64,000 bases of DNA from Longimicrobiales bacterium (GCA_965221535.1 OZ244894.1:2609059-2673058); one strand, 5' to 3'; positions 1 to 8,157 are shown, numbered from the stretch's first letter. Program-made: numbers and translations. Notes: generated by a model from the sequence alone, not told the origin.

Positions 1-1089
1 GAGCGTGTCGTCTTCCTCTTCGGGCTCGGGCTCGGGCCTCGGCGCCGTGCCGAAGCGGACGCGCCCGCCGCCGTCCGAGAAGGTCACGTTGCCGTTCTCG
101 CTCACCCACCAGCCGTCCGGCACGCCCTCGGTGGCCGAGCTGGCCAACAGCGCCCCCGTCCACGACGGTCCCGCGCCGTGGTACAGCGCGAACTCGGGCT
201 GGTCGGCCTCGTAGTCGTCCCGGTCGGTGAGGAACGCGACCTGCGACCCGTCGTCGGCAACCGCCAGCTGCGCGTAGTTGCCTTCGCCTTCGAGCACCGC
301 GTGGCGGGTCATGTCGCCCAGGTCGACCACGTGGACGCCGTCGCCCGAGCCGTCCCGGGTCGAGGTGGCGAAGGCCAGGACGGGCGCGTCATCGGCGAAG
401 AAGTAGTCGGTCACCTTCTCGTAGCGCGTCTCGTCGCCATTTCGCAGGTTCAACAGCACCAGCGTCGCGCCTTCTTCCTTGTCCCGATCGTCGCCGTCGT
501 CCGATTCGTCGCCCTCCTCCTCCTCGGGCTCCTCCGGCTCGGGCTCCGCCGCCTGCTCGGCTGGCTCCTCGGCCTCGCCGGCTTCCTCGTCGTCCTCGTC
601 CTCGACCGGCTTGTAGGCCAGCCAGCTGCCCTCGCCGGCCACGCGGAAGTTCTCGACCGCCCCCAGGACCCGCGGCTGCGCTTCGCCGCCCAGCAACGCC
701 GCGACATCGGCAAAGGCGAGCGTGTCCCCGGGCAGCTCGCTGCGTCTCGTGCCTTCGCGCCTGAGCGAATCGACGACCGCCTCGACCGGCGGCACCTCGT
801 ACACCACGAAGCGCGAATCGGAGGTGAAGCGCGGGGTCGCCCCCCGGAACGTCATCGGCTCGGCCCCTTCGCGGGCGGCCCGGATGGTGAGCGCGGGGTC
901 GCCCTCCATGGCCGTCAGCACGAAGACCAGCCACGCGCCGTCGGGTGACAGCGACGGGCTGCCTATGGTGTTCCAGAGGAGGACGTCCTCGTGGTCGAGG
1001 GCCCGCTGCTGCGCGAGGACCGGGGAGGCGGCCGCAAGGAGAGCGAGCGAGAGGGCGAAGGCGGTCGTGCGGGAACGTGCGTGGCGCAT
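1..1089 (-). CDS. TolB-like beta-propeller secreted protein (partial; C-terminus lies beyond the window start). Signal peptide, acidic low-complexity linker, propeller repeats
   Basis: Translated by hand from the minus strand, frame ≡0 mod 3. It is not in the ORF track because it is truncated at the window edge. ATG at 1089..1087 gives MRHARSRTTAFALSLALLAAASPVLAQQ (signal peptide). Downstream comes ...SPSLSPDGAWLVFV... (classic TolB-like blade motif), ...DGSQVAFLTDRDDYEAD..., and an E/D-rich linker encoded at about 481-600. Sense-like codon usage throughout. Confidence 0.75.
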   Translation of the reverse strand, partial: MRHARSRTTAFALSLALLAAASPVLAQQRALDHEDVLLWNTIGSPSLSPDGAWLVFVLTAMEGDPALTIRAAREGAEPMTFRGATPRFTSDSRFVVYEVPPVEAVVDSLRREGTRRSELPGDTLAFADVAALLGGEAQPRVLGAVENFRVAGEGSWLAYKPVEDEDDEEAGEAEEPAEQAAEPEPEEPEEEEGDESDDGDDRDKEEGATLVLLNLRNGDETRYEKVTDYFFADDAPVLAFATSTRDGSGDGVHVVDLGDMTRHAVLEGEGNYAQLAVADDGSQVAFLTDRDDYEADQPEFALYHGAGPSWTGALLASSATEGVPDGWWVSENGNVTFSDGGGRVRFGTAPRPEPEPEEEDDTL

Positions 1090-1263
1090 GGGTGGGTCTC
1101 CGGTTCCGGGACGCGGCGCGCCGCCTTGGCGCGGCGGCGCTGTCAGCCAAGAAGCTGCCCCGGATCGGCGAAATCCGCCAGTGGCGCGGGTGGGCCGTCC
1201 AGCCGGCCCCGGCGTCCACCCGCCCGGCCGGTCCGGCGCGCCGCCCACCTCAGGCGTCGCGGC

Positions 1264-1629
1264 TCAGCCGCCTCCCGTCCCGAAGACCGACGCCAGGATG
1301 TCCTGGTTGTAGCCCACCACGAAGGTGGCGCCGACCCGGAGGGCCGGGGCTCTCAGCTTGCCCCAGCGGCTCACCATCATGTCCACCAGCTCGCTGTCGG
1401 CGGGGCGGTCGCCGGCCGTCAGGTCCACCTCGACGACCTTCCTGCCCTTGGCCACCCGGAGCTCGGCGACACCGTCGAGCAGGGCCAGCGCCTCGTCCCT
1501 GGTCACCGGGTTCTTCGTCGCGCTCCTCGTTTCGGCCGCTTCGATTCCGTTCTGCGCAAGAAACTCCTGCGTGCGTTTGCAGCTGGTTCAGCCAGGGCGG
1601 TGGTAGCGCCACTCAAGCTTGCGGCTCAT
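1264..1629 (-). CDS. Spx/ArsC-family (YffB-like) thioredoxin-fold protein with in-frame TGA at 1588-1590, i.e. a candidate selenoprotein (UxxC active site)
   Basis: The ORF track shows only the C-terminal 80 aa (1264..1506), which start at GTG directly after a stop. In the same frame, ATG 1629..1627 (preceded by GGAGG at 1641..1637, 7-nt spacer) encodes MSRKLEWRYHRPG, then TGA (1590..1588), then TSCKRTQEFLAQNGIEAAETRSATKNP, then the 80-aa ORF. The joined 121-aa product aligns along its whole length to Spx/ArsC. YHRPG-U-TSCKR matches Y(T/H)SP(S/R)-C-TSCRK, so the TGA falls exactly on the first Cys of CxxC. The C-terminal GKLRAPALRVGATFVVGYNQD matches [21 protein letters not shown]. Confidence 0.6.
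1555..1571 (-). promoter_or_regulatory. Candidate SECIS-like hairpin 17-33 nt downstream of the in-frame UGA
   Basis: mRNA 5'-CGCAGG AGUUU CUUGCG-3' forms a 6-bp stem (one G·U) with a 5-nt apical loop containing G and U. Its distance from the UGA is compatible with bacterial SECIS spacing. Folded by eye only. Confidence 0.3.
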
Positions 1630-1673
1630 TGCTGGGCCTCCTTGCAAAGTAGACATGTCAACAGTGTCGGCGG

Positions 1674-2912
1674 CTAGCCACCGCTCACAACGAGCTCGCG
1701 GACCTCGACGCGCTCCACGCCGAGCTCGCCGTGGTGGGCGCCGATCGCCTGGCCCCCGGCGACCGCATGGAGCGCGAAGCCCGACGGCATCGCCACGTGG
1801 CCCAGGTGGCGCCCGTCGTCGGCGAACACGTCCCACCTGGCGGTCGCGGGGCCGCCGCGCACCCTGTAGCGGAGCGCCCAGAGCTGGCCGTCGTCCGCAA
1901 TGCGGAGGTCGGTGTACGCGGGCATGCGCTCGGGGAGCGACATCTCGCGGTACATCGCGACCATCTGCCGGATGGAGGCGTCGTCCGCGGCGGATGGGCC
2001 GCTGGTGCCGCGAACGTAGGCTTCGAGGTGCTCGTCGGTCAAGCGCTCCGGCGCTTCGTCGAGGCGCACGATCCGGCCGAGCCGGCCCGTCTGGTCGAAG
2101 ATTCCGACTTCGTACGCACGCCCCCCGGTCACGGCGGCGCCCCGATCCGATCCGGTCGCAGCAGGCTCCGGCGAGAAGGGAACGCGCAACAGCGAAATGC
2201 TGTTGCCGGAGGTCGACGCCGACATCATGAGGCCGGGGTGCTCGGCGAGCGTGTCGACGAGCGTCCCGTCGAGCCGGTACAGCATGAATTGCTCGGGAGG
2301 GCCGACGTCGCCCGCGAAGGCCTCCTCGACGCTCCGGATCGGGTTGTCGGTGGACGGCGGGGTGAGCGATCTGACCTTGCTGACGAAGGTCTCGGAGCCG
2401 ACCGGGCCGACCGGCGTCAGCATGTCCATGTCTCCCAGCCCCGACAGCGCCCCGGTTCCGAGAAGCGCGCCCTGCGAGTCGAACCGCGTCATCCGCTGGA
2501 GGCGCCTGTCGGCCGCCACGATTGCACCGTCGGCCGTCGGCCAGGCCCCGGCCAGCGCCTCGAACTCGCCGGGACCCTCTCCGCGGCCTCCGAACGAGCG
2601 CACGTGCGCGCCGTCGGCGTCGAAGATCCGGATCTCGCCTGCCCCGTTGTCGGCGACGACGAGGTTGCCCGCCCGGTCGCGCGCGACCGTGATGATTCCA
2701 GCGAACATAAGCTCTTCGGGGCCGTCCCGGACGCCGATCGACAGTGTGGGCTCCGGCGCGACCTCGGCGTAGACGGCGTCGCTGGCCGGGCTGGTGGTGA
2801 TGGCCACGCCCGCCGAGTCGACCGTCTCCACGCCCGTCGCGCCGCCGGGCGGTGCGGCGTCGCCGCAGCCGAGCAGCATGAGCGCCACGAGTCCCGGGCC
2901 GATTCGTCTCAT
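1674..2912 (-). CDS. Lipoprotein, six-bladed beta-propeller (NHL/TolB-like) hypothetical protein
   Basis: Sub-range of ORF 1674..3047. ATG at 2912 gives MRRIGPGLVALMLLGCGDAAPP (lipobox). Repeated blade motifs such as GRGEGPGEF. Confidence 0.75.
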   Translation of the reverse strand: MRRIGPGLVALMLLGCGDAAPPGGATGVETVDSAGVAITTSPASDAVYAEVAPEPTLSIGVRDGPEELMFAGIITVARDRAGNLVVADNGAGEIRIFDADGAHVRSFGGRGEGPGEFEALAGAWPTADGAIVAADRRLQRMTRFDSQGALLGTGALSGLGDMDMLTPVGPVGSETFVSKVRSLTPPSTDNPIRSVEEAFAGDVGPPEQFMLYRLDGTLVDTLAEHPGLMMSASTSGNSISLLRVPFSPEPAATGSDRGAAVTGGRAYEVGIFDQTGRLGRIVRLDEAPERLTDEHLEAYVRGTSGPSAADDASIRQMVAMYREMSLPERMPAYTDLRIADDGQLWALRYRVRGGPATARWDVFADDGRHLGHVAMPSGFALHAVAGGQAIGAHHGELGVERVEVRELVVSGG

Positions 2913-3034
2913 CTGTTGTGCCTTTCCGTCGGGGGGATTAAGCTCGCACCTTACTTTGGATGGCCCGTGCGGCGGCATTCGTTGCCCGTCCCACTCGGCC
3001 CCACCCCCGCAACCTACGCGAAAGGCAAGCTTCG

Positions 3035-3595
3035 ATGACCCAGGCAATCCAGCGCGACGCGCTCCCGCACAGCTCCCTCCGGCGCAGCTCAGTCCAGCGC
3101 AGCTCTTTCCGGCGCAGCCTCGCTTCGGCGTGCGTGGCGGTCGCCATTCTCTTCGTTTCGGCGGCGTGCGAGGGCGCGGGCGCCCCCGCAGCCGACCAGA
3201 TGCGCAGCGCGGGCCCGGTGGTCGAGTTCGTAAACCCGCGCTCGCCTGCGGACGGCGACGGCGTGACCCCCTTCAGCGGCGCGGCGTGGGTCGACAACAC
3301 GCTCTACCTGTCGGGCATGCTCGGTCTGGAGGGCGGCCAGGTTCCCGAGACCGCCGAGCAGGAGGCGGCCAACGTGCTCGACGCCATGAAGGCCGTGCTC
3401 GAGGGCGAGGGCCTCACCATGGACGATCTGGTCGTGGTGCAGGTGTACGCCTCCGACGTCGCCGACTACGGCGCCTTCAACAGCGTCTACCGCACGTACT
3501 TCACCAGCGAGTTCCCGGCGCGGGCGTTTCTGGGGTCGGGGCCGCTGCTGTTCGGCGCCCGCTTCGAGGTGATGGGGACGGCGGTCAGGCGGTAG
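3035..3595 (+). CDS. ridA: RidA/YjgF/TdcF family protein with N-terminal signal/lipoprotein sequence
   Basis: Sub-range of ORF 2960..3595. ATG at 3035 gives MTQAIQ...ACVAVAILFVSAAC. The C-terminal domain has a RidA-like fold (…VQVYASDVADYGAFNSVYRTYF…). Confidence 0.75.
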   Translation: MTQAIQRDALPHSSLRRSSVQRSSFRRSLASACVAVAILFVSAACEGAGAPAADQMRSAGPVVEFVNPRSPADGDGVTPFSGAAWVDNTLYLSGMLGLEGGQVPETAEQEAANVLDAMKAVLEGEGLTMDDLVVVQVYASDVADYGAFNSVYRTYFTSEFPARAFLGSGPLLFGARFEVMGTAVRR

Positions 3596-3652
3596 GCAGG
3601 GGGCGCAGGCCAAGGGCAGTCCGGCGCCGGGCCAGGCGCCGCACCCGGCGCG

Positions 3653-4933
3653 CTACCCCAGAATCACGCCCCGGAGCGCCCGCGCCCCCTGGACGGCGCG
3701 CTCGACGTGGGCGCGGGTGTTGTACACGTGCGGGCAGAGCCGCAGCCCGCCGGTCGTCGCACCGGCGATGCCGTGCTCTTCGTACAGCCGACGCCCCGCG
3801 GCGGCGCGGTCGCCGGGCGCCTCGACGATGCACACCCCGCCGGACAGCTCCGGCGCCATCGGGGTGACCAGGGTCAGGCCCAGCTCCGCAAGCCCCTCCT
3901 TGAGCGCGGTCGCCAGCTCGGCCACGCGCGCCTCGGTGGCCGCCGCGCCGATCGCGCCGTGGAGCTGGGCTGCGGTGCCGACCGCCGCCAGGCAGGCGTC
4001 GTCGCGCTGCCCCAGCGACTCGAACTTGCGCGCGCCGACCACGTCGGGCTCGGCGTCGTCGCCCCAGCCCGGCGCGACGACGTTGGGCCAGATCGCGGCG
4101 ATGCGGGATTCCCTGACGTAGAGCAGCCCCGCCTCCTTCGGGCCCATGAACCACTTGTGCGCAGAGGCGGTGTAGGAATCGCAGCCGAGGTCGCGAAGGT
4201 CGACGTCCAGCGCGCCCCAGCTCTGGGCGCCGTCAACGTGGACGTGGATGCCGCGGGGGCGCGCCGCGTCGGCGAGCTCGCGCACGGGCAGCCGGACGCC
4301 GCTGACGTTCGAGACGTGGGTGACCGACAGCACGCGGGTCCGGTCGGTCAGAGCCGCGACGAAGGGGTCGATCAGGTCCTGGGCCGAAGCCGGGCGGCGC
4401 GGGACGGCCACCCTCTTCACCACGATCCCGAACCTCGCCGCCCGCACGTCCCACGCCACGTTGTTGGTCGGGTGGTTCTGGTCCCACAGGACCACCTCGT
4501 CGCCCGCCGCGAGCGGCACGCCGTTGTTGATCGCGTTGTTGGCCTCGCTGGTGTTGCGGACGAGCGCGATCTCGTCGGGGGCGACGCCGAGCTGGGCCGC
4601 CACCGCCGCGCGGGACGCCTCGGTCAGGGTGCGGAACTTGGCGCGGTTGTTGAACGAGCAGTCGCGGTCGATGTCGCGGGTCAGCTCCTCGACGCGCGCC
4701 GCGACCGAACGGGGCGAGGGGCAGAGGTTGGCCGCGTTCATCGGCACGCGCTCCTCGGTGAACGAGAACTGCGCGCGGACCAGCTCCCACCACGCCTCGT
4801 CGCGGGCGGCGGCGGGGAGCGACGGGAGCGCGGGCGCGCGCCCCTCCCGGGGCGGCGACAGCACGGGCGGCAGGACGACGGCCCCGGCGGCCATCTCTGC
4901 GAGGAAGTTGCGGCGGCTGGTCTGGCGCTTCAT
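3653..4933 (-). CDS. Class V aminotransferase-fold PLP enzyme (cysteine desulfurase/isopenicillin-N-epimerase-like) with twin-arginine (Tat) signal
   Basis: Sub-range of ORF 3653..5080. ATG at 4933 gives MKRQTSRRNFLAEMAAGAVVLPP (Tat motif SRRNFLA). The PLP-lysine context is SAHKWFMGPKEAG. Confidence 0.8.
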   Translation of the reverse strand: MKRQTSRRNFLAEMAAGAVVLPPVLSPPREGRAPALPSLPAAARDEAWWELVRAQFSFTEERVPMNAANLCPSPRSVAARVEELTRDIDRDCSFNNRAKFRTLTEASRAAVAAQLGVAPDEIALVRNTSEANNAINNGVPLAAGDEVVLWDQNHPTNNVAWDVRAARFGIVVKRVAVPRRPASAQDLIDPFVAALTDRTRVLSVTHVSNVSGVRLPVRELADAARPRGIHVHVDGAQSWGALDVDLRDLGCDSYTASAHKWFMGPKEAGLLYVRESRIAAIWPNVVAPGWGDDAEPDVVGARKFESLGQRDDACLAAVGTAAQLHGAIGAAATEARVAELATALKEGLAELGLTLVTPMAPELSGGVCIVEAPGDRAAAGRRLYEEHGIAGATTGGLRLCPHVYNTRAHVERAVQGARALRGVILG

Positions 4934-5103
4934 GTGGCGACCTCCGGGTGGCGGCGGCGCGCCCGGGCGTCCGGACCCGCATCTGCGGGCGGTTTCCCGG
5001 CGCGCGGCTTGGCGGGCGGGCGGCTTGTGTTGATCATACTTGCGGCGCACCTTGCCTTGCCAGTCGCGCCCCACCGCCACTTCCCAAAAGCGAGCCGCCC
5101 GCC

Positions 5104-6420
5104 TTGACCGTGATCGCCCGCCGCATGCGCCAGCTGGGCACCGAGAACGCCTTCAAGCTGGGCGACGACATCCAGCGCTGCGTCGAGGGGGGCCTGGACG
5201 TGATCCGCTTCAACCTGGGCGCCCCCGACTTCAACAGCCCCGCGCACCTGAACCGCGTGGCGATGGACGCCCTCGACGCGGGGCGGGCCGGCTACTGCGA
5301 CCCCGCCGGGATCCTCCCCTTCCGCGAGGCGGTCGCGGCGCACGTTTCGCGCACGCGCGGCATCGAGGTGTCGGCCGACCGCGTGGTGGCCACCCCCGGG
5401 GCGAAGCCGTCGATCGGGTACACCATGCAGACGTACGTCGACGAGGGAGACGAGGTGATCTATCCGTCGCCGGGCTTCCCGATCTACGAGTCCTGGGTGC
5501 GGTACGTGGGGGCGGTGCCGGTGCCGCTGCGGCTCGACGCCGACCGCGACTTCTCGTTCGACGCCGGCGACCTCGCGACGCTGATCACGGAGCGCTCCAA
5601 GGTGATCGTGCTCTGCTCGCCGTCGAATCCCACCGGCGGCGTGCTTTCGCGCGACGAACTGGCCGGCATCGCCGAGCTGGTGCGCGAACGCTGCCGCCCG
5701 GACGTGCGCGTCTACTCGGACGAGATCTACGAGCAGATCCTCTTCGACGGGCTCGAGCACGAGAGCATCGCGTCGCATCCGGGCATGCCGGAGCGCACGG
5801 TGCTTGCGAGCGGGCACTCGAAGGGCTTCGCCATGACCGGGTGGCGGCTGGGGTGGGCGGTGCTGCCGACGCCCGAAGAGGCGGCCGTGTTCAAGCGCAT
5901 CAACATCAACATCGTGTCGTGCGTGCCGCCGTTCCTGCAGGAGGCCGGGGCGGCGGCGTATACGGACCCCGCCTCGGCGGGCGAGGTGGCGCGCATGGTC
6001 GCCGCGTTCCAGCGGCGGCGCGACTGGATCGTGCCGGCGCTGAACGACATTCCCGGAGTGAGGTGCCTGACGCCCAAGGGCGCCTTCTACGTCTTCCCCG
6101 ACGTTTCGGGGCTGTGCGAACGGCTGGGCGCGCTTGGGGCGCACATGGCGCTGCCCGACGCGGCGCGGCGCCGCACGACGCCGGCGGGCATGCTGCAGAT
6201 GTTCCTCCTGTACCGCTACGGCGTGGCCACGATGGACCGCGCCTCGTTCGGGCGGATCGGCGGCGACGGGCAGCACTTCCTGCGCATCTCGATCGCAAAC
6301 GGCATGGACGACATCCGGCGCGGCGTCGCCCGCATGGCCAAGGCCGCCGACGACCGCGACGGATTCGCCGACTTCGTGCGCGCCGAGGCGGTGCCGGGCG
6401 GGGGGGGGCTGTTCTCGTGA
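5104..6420 (+). CDS. Class I/II PLP aminotransferase (aspartate/LL-DAP aminotransferase-like)
   Basis: Within ORF 4948..6420. Motifs LGAPDF, SPSNPTGGV, SGHSKGFAMTGWRLGW (SxSK…GxRxG). The start is uncertain (TTG 5104, GTG 5110 or ATG 5125). The stop overlaps the downstream DapB-like gene start. Confidence 0.75.
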   Translation: MTVIARRMRQLGTENAFKLGDDIQRCVEGGLDVIRFNLGAPDFNSPAHLNRVAMDALDAGRAGYCDPAGILPFREAVAAHVSRTRGIEVSADRVVATPGAKPSIGYTMQTYVDEGDEVIYPSPGFPIYESWVRYVGAVPVPLRLDADRDFSFDAGDLATLITERSKVIVLCSPSNPTGGVLSRDELAGIAELVRERCRPDVRVYSDEIYEQILFDGLEHESIASHPGMPERTVLASGHSKGFAMTGWRLGWAVLPTPEEAAVFKRININIVSCVPPFLQEAGAAAYTDPASAGEVARMVAAFQRRRDWIVPALNDIPGVRCLTPKGAFYVFPDVSGLCERLGALGAHMALPDAARRRTTPAGMLQMFLLYRYGVATMDRASFGRIGGDGQHFLRISIANGMDDIRRGVARMAKAADDRDGFADFVRAEAVPGGGGLFS

Positions 6421-6422
6421 GC

Positions 6423-7220
6423 GTGCGGGTCTGCGTGGCGGGGGCGACCGGCTGGGCGGGGCGGGCGGTGGCGAGCGCCGTGCTGGACTCCGACGACTTC
6501 ACGCTGGCCTCGGCGGTGGCGCGGTCCGCCGCCGGCCTCGACGTCGGCCCCGCGATCGGCCGAAGCGCGCGGACCGGCGTGACCGTCACGTCGGACCCGG
6601 CCCAGGCGCTGAAGGCCAAGCCCGACGTCTGGATCGACTACACGCACCCTGCGGCGGTCAAGGAACACGCGCTCGCGGCGCTGGCCGAAGGCGTCCGGGT
6701 CGTGATCGGCACCTCGGGGCTGGACGAGGACGACTACCGCGAGATCACGTCCGCCGCGCTCGCGGCGCGCTCGGGGGTCATCGCGGCGGGGAACTTCTCG
6801 CTCACGGCCTCGCTGCTCAAGCACCTGGCCGGGATCGCCGCGCGCCACCTGCCCCACCGCGAGATCATCGACTACGCCGACGCCGGGAAGCCGGACGCGC
6901 CCAGCGGCACCGCGATGGAGCTGGCCGAGCATCTGGCGACCATCTCGCCAAACGAGCTCGGCCTGCCCGTCGACGAGACGCTGGGCGTGCCCGAGACGCG
7001 CGGCGCCGAGATCGGCGGCACGCAGGTGCATTCGCTGCGCCTGCCCAGCTACCTGATCTCGATCGAGGCCCTCTTCGGGCTGCCCGACGAGCGGCTGATC
7101 ATCCGCCACGACGCCGGCAACAGTCCCGAGCCGTATGTGGCGGGCACGCTGCTGGCAGTGCAGCGGGTGGGCGAGGTCACCGGCCTGGTCCGGGGCCTGG
7201 ACGAGCTGCTCCTGGGGTAG
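6423..7220 (+). CDS. dapB: 4-hydroxy-tetrahydrodipicolinate reductase family protein (DapB-like; canonical HH motif not conserved)
   Basis: Tail of ORF 5040..7220. GTG at 6423 gives M(V)RVCVAGATGWAGRAV (Rossmann). Also GNFSLTASLL, KPDAPSGTAMELAEH and VHSLRLPSYLISIEALFG. E. coli-type EAHHRHKVDAPSGTA reads IDYADAGKPDAPSGTA here. Confidence 0.75.
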   Translation: MRVCVAGATGWAGRAVASAVLDSDDFTLASAVARSAAGLDVGPAIGRSARTGVTVTSDPAQALKAKPDVWIDYTHPAAVKEHALAALAEGVRVVIGTSGLDEDDYREITSAALAARSGVIAAGNFSLTASLLKHLAGIAARHLPHREIIDYADAGKPDAPSGTAMELAEHLATISPNELGLPVDETLGVPETRGAEIGGTQVHSLRLPSYLISIEALFGLPDERLIIRHDAGNSPEPYVAGTLLAVQRVGEVTGLVRGLDELLLG

Positions 7221-7235
7221 CGTTCCCGCGCCCGC

Positions 7236-8009
7236 TCAGCCGTCGATCGCGATCTCGAACATCTCGGGCCAGAGCTTGCCGGTCACGTAGTAGGTGCCCG
7301 TCGCCTGATCGCGCGCGATCCCGTTGAAGACCGCGCCCGCGTCGTTCGGCCTGCCGCTGGCGAGCGCCAGCCCCAGCGCGTCGAGCGTGCCGGTGATCGC
7401 GCCCGAGCGCTTGTCGATCCGCACGATCTCGTTGGTCATGTAGATGTTGGCGTAGATGTCGTCGCCCACGCACTCGAGCTCGTTGAGGTTGCGCGTGGAA
7501 AAGCCGTCGCGCGTTACCCGCACCTCGCCGAGCACCGCGAAGGTCGACGGATCGCGGCGGCGGAGCGTGCCCGAGCCGTCGGACTGGAAGAGCGACTCGC
7601 CGTCGTAGCAGAGCCCCCACCCTTCGCCCTCGTACTCCAGCGTGTCGAGCGGCGCGAAGGTCTCGACGTCGTAGACGAACGCCAGGCCGGCCTTCCAGGT
7701 GAGCTGGACGACCCGGTCGCCCACGACCGCGATGCCCTCGCCGAAGTGCGCGTCCGAGAGGGGGACGGCGTCGAGCACCTGGCCGGTCTCGATGTCGACC
7801 CGCCGCAGCTGCGACTCGCCGTACTGGCCCGTGCTCTCGAGGAACGCGCCGTTGTGGATGAGCAGGCCCTGCGTGTAGGCCGCCGGGTCGTGCGGGAGCG
7901 TGCGGACAAGCTCGTAGCCGAGCTCGGGGACCGCAGCCTCCCCGCAGGCGACGAGGGACACGGCCAGCCCCGCCAGGATTGGGGGCGTCCTTGCGACTGC
8001 CAGCTTCAT
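7236..8009 (-). CDS. Glutamine cyclotransferase (bacterial/plant-type glutaminyl cyclase), lipoprotein
   Basis: Sub-range of ORF 7236..8042. ATG at 8009 gives MKLAVARTPPILAGLAVSLVACG. The body matches the five-bladed glutamine cyclotransferase family (…TWKAGLAFVYDVETF…). Confidence 0.8.
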   Translation of the reverse strand: MKLAVARTPPILAGLAVSLVACGEAAVPELGYELVRTLPHDPAAYTQGLLIHNGAFLESTGQYGESQLRRVDIETGQVLDAVPLSDAHFGEGIAVVGDRVVQLTWKAGLAFVYDVETFAPLDTLEYEGEGWGLCYDGESLFQSDGSGTLRRRDPSTFAVLGEVRVTRDGFSTRNLNELECVGDDIYANIYMTNEIVRIDKRSGAITGTLDALGLALASGRPNDAGAVFNGIARDQATGTYYVTGKLWPEMFEIAIDG

Positions 8010-8157
8010 GCTCGTTCCTCCTGCCCTTCTGCTTTGCGCCACCCGCTGCTTTGCGCCACCCGCTGCTCTGCGCCACCCAGCTGCCCCGCGCCAACCCTAC
8101 GCGAACGGGCCGCCAAGGGCTAATGTAGTAGCTTCACCCGACCGCAAGGAGGCGGAC

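Noticed and set aside
1264-1506. Treating the 80-aa ORF as a stand-alone small protein or as a 5'-truncated ArsC pseudogene
   Set aside because: The upstream in-frame sequence is family-conserved right up to, and beyond, a single TGA that coincides with the active-site Cys. It also has an ATG with a GGAGG RBS. A selenoprotein explains this better than a pseudogene does.
1619-2230. 203-aa plus-strand ORF (Arg-rich) and other R/P/G-rich ORFs throughout (e.g. 389..1219, 3585..4154, 4233..4982, 9937..11055, 19573..20922, 23396..25228, 33318..35561)
   Set aside because: Typical antisense or off-frame products of high-GC coding DNA. They have extreme Arg/Pro/Gly content and no signal peptides or domains, and they overlap well-supported genes.
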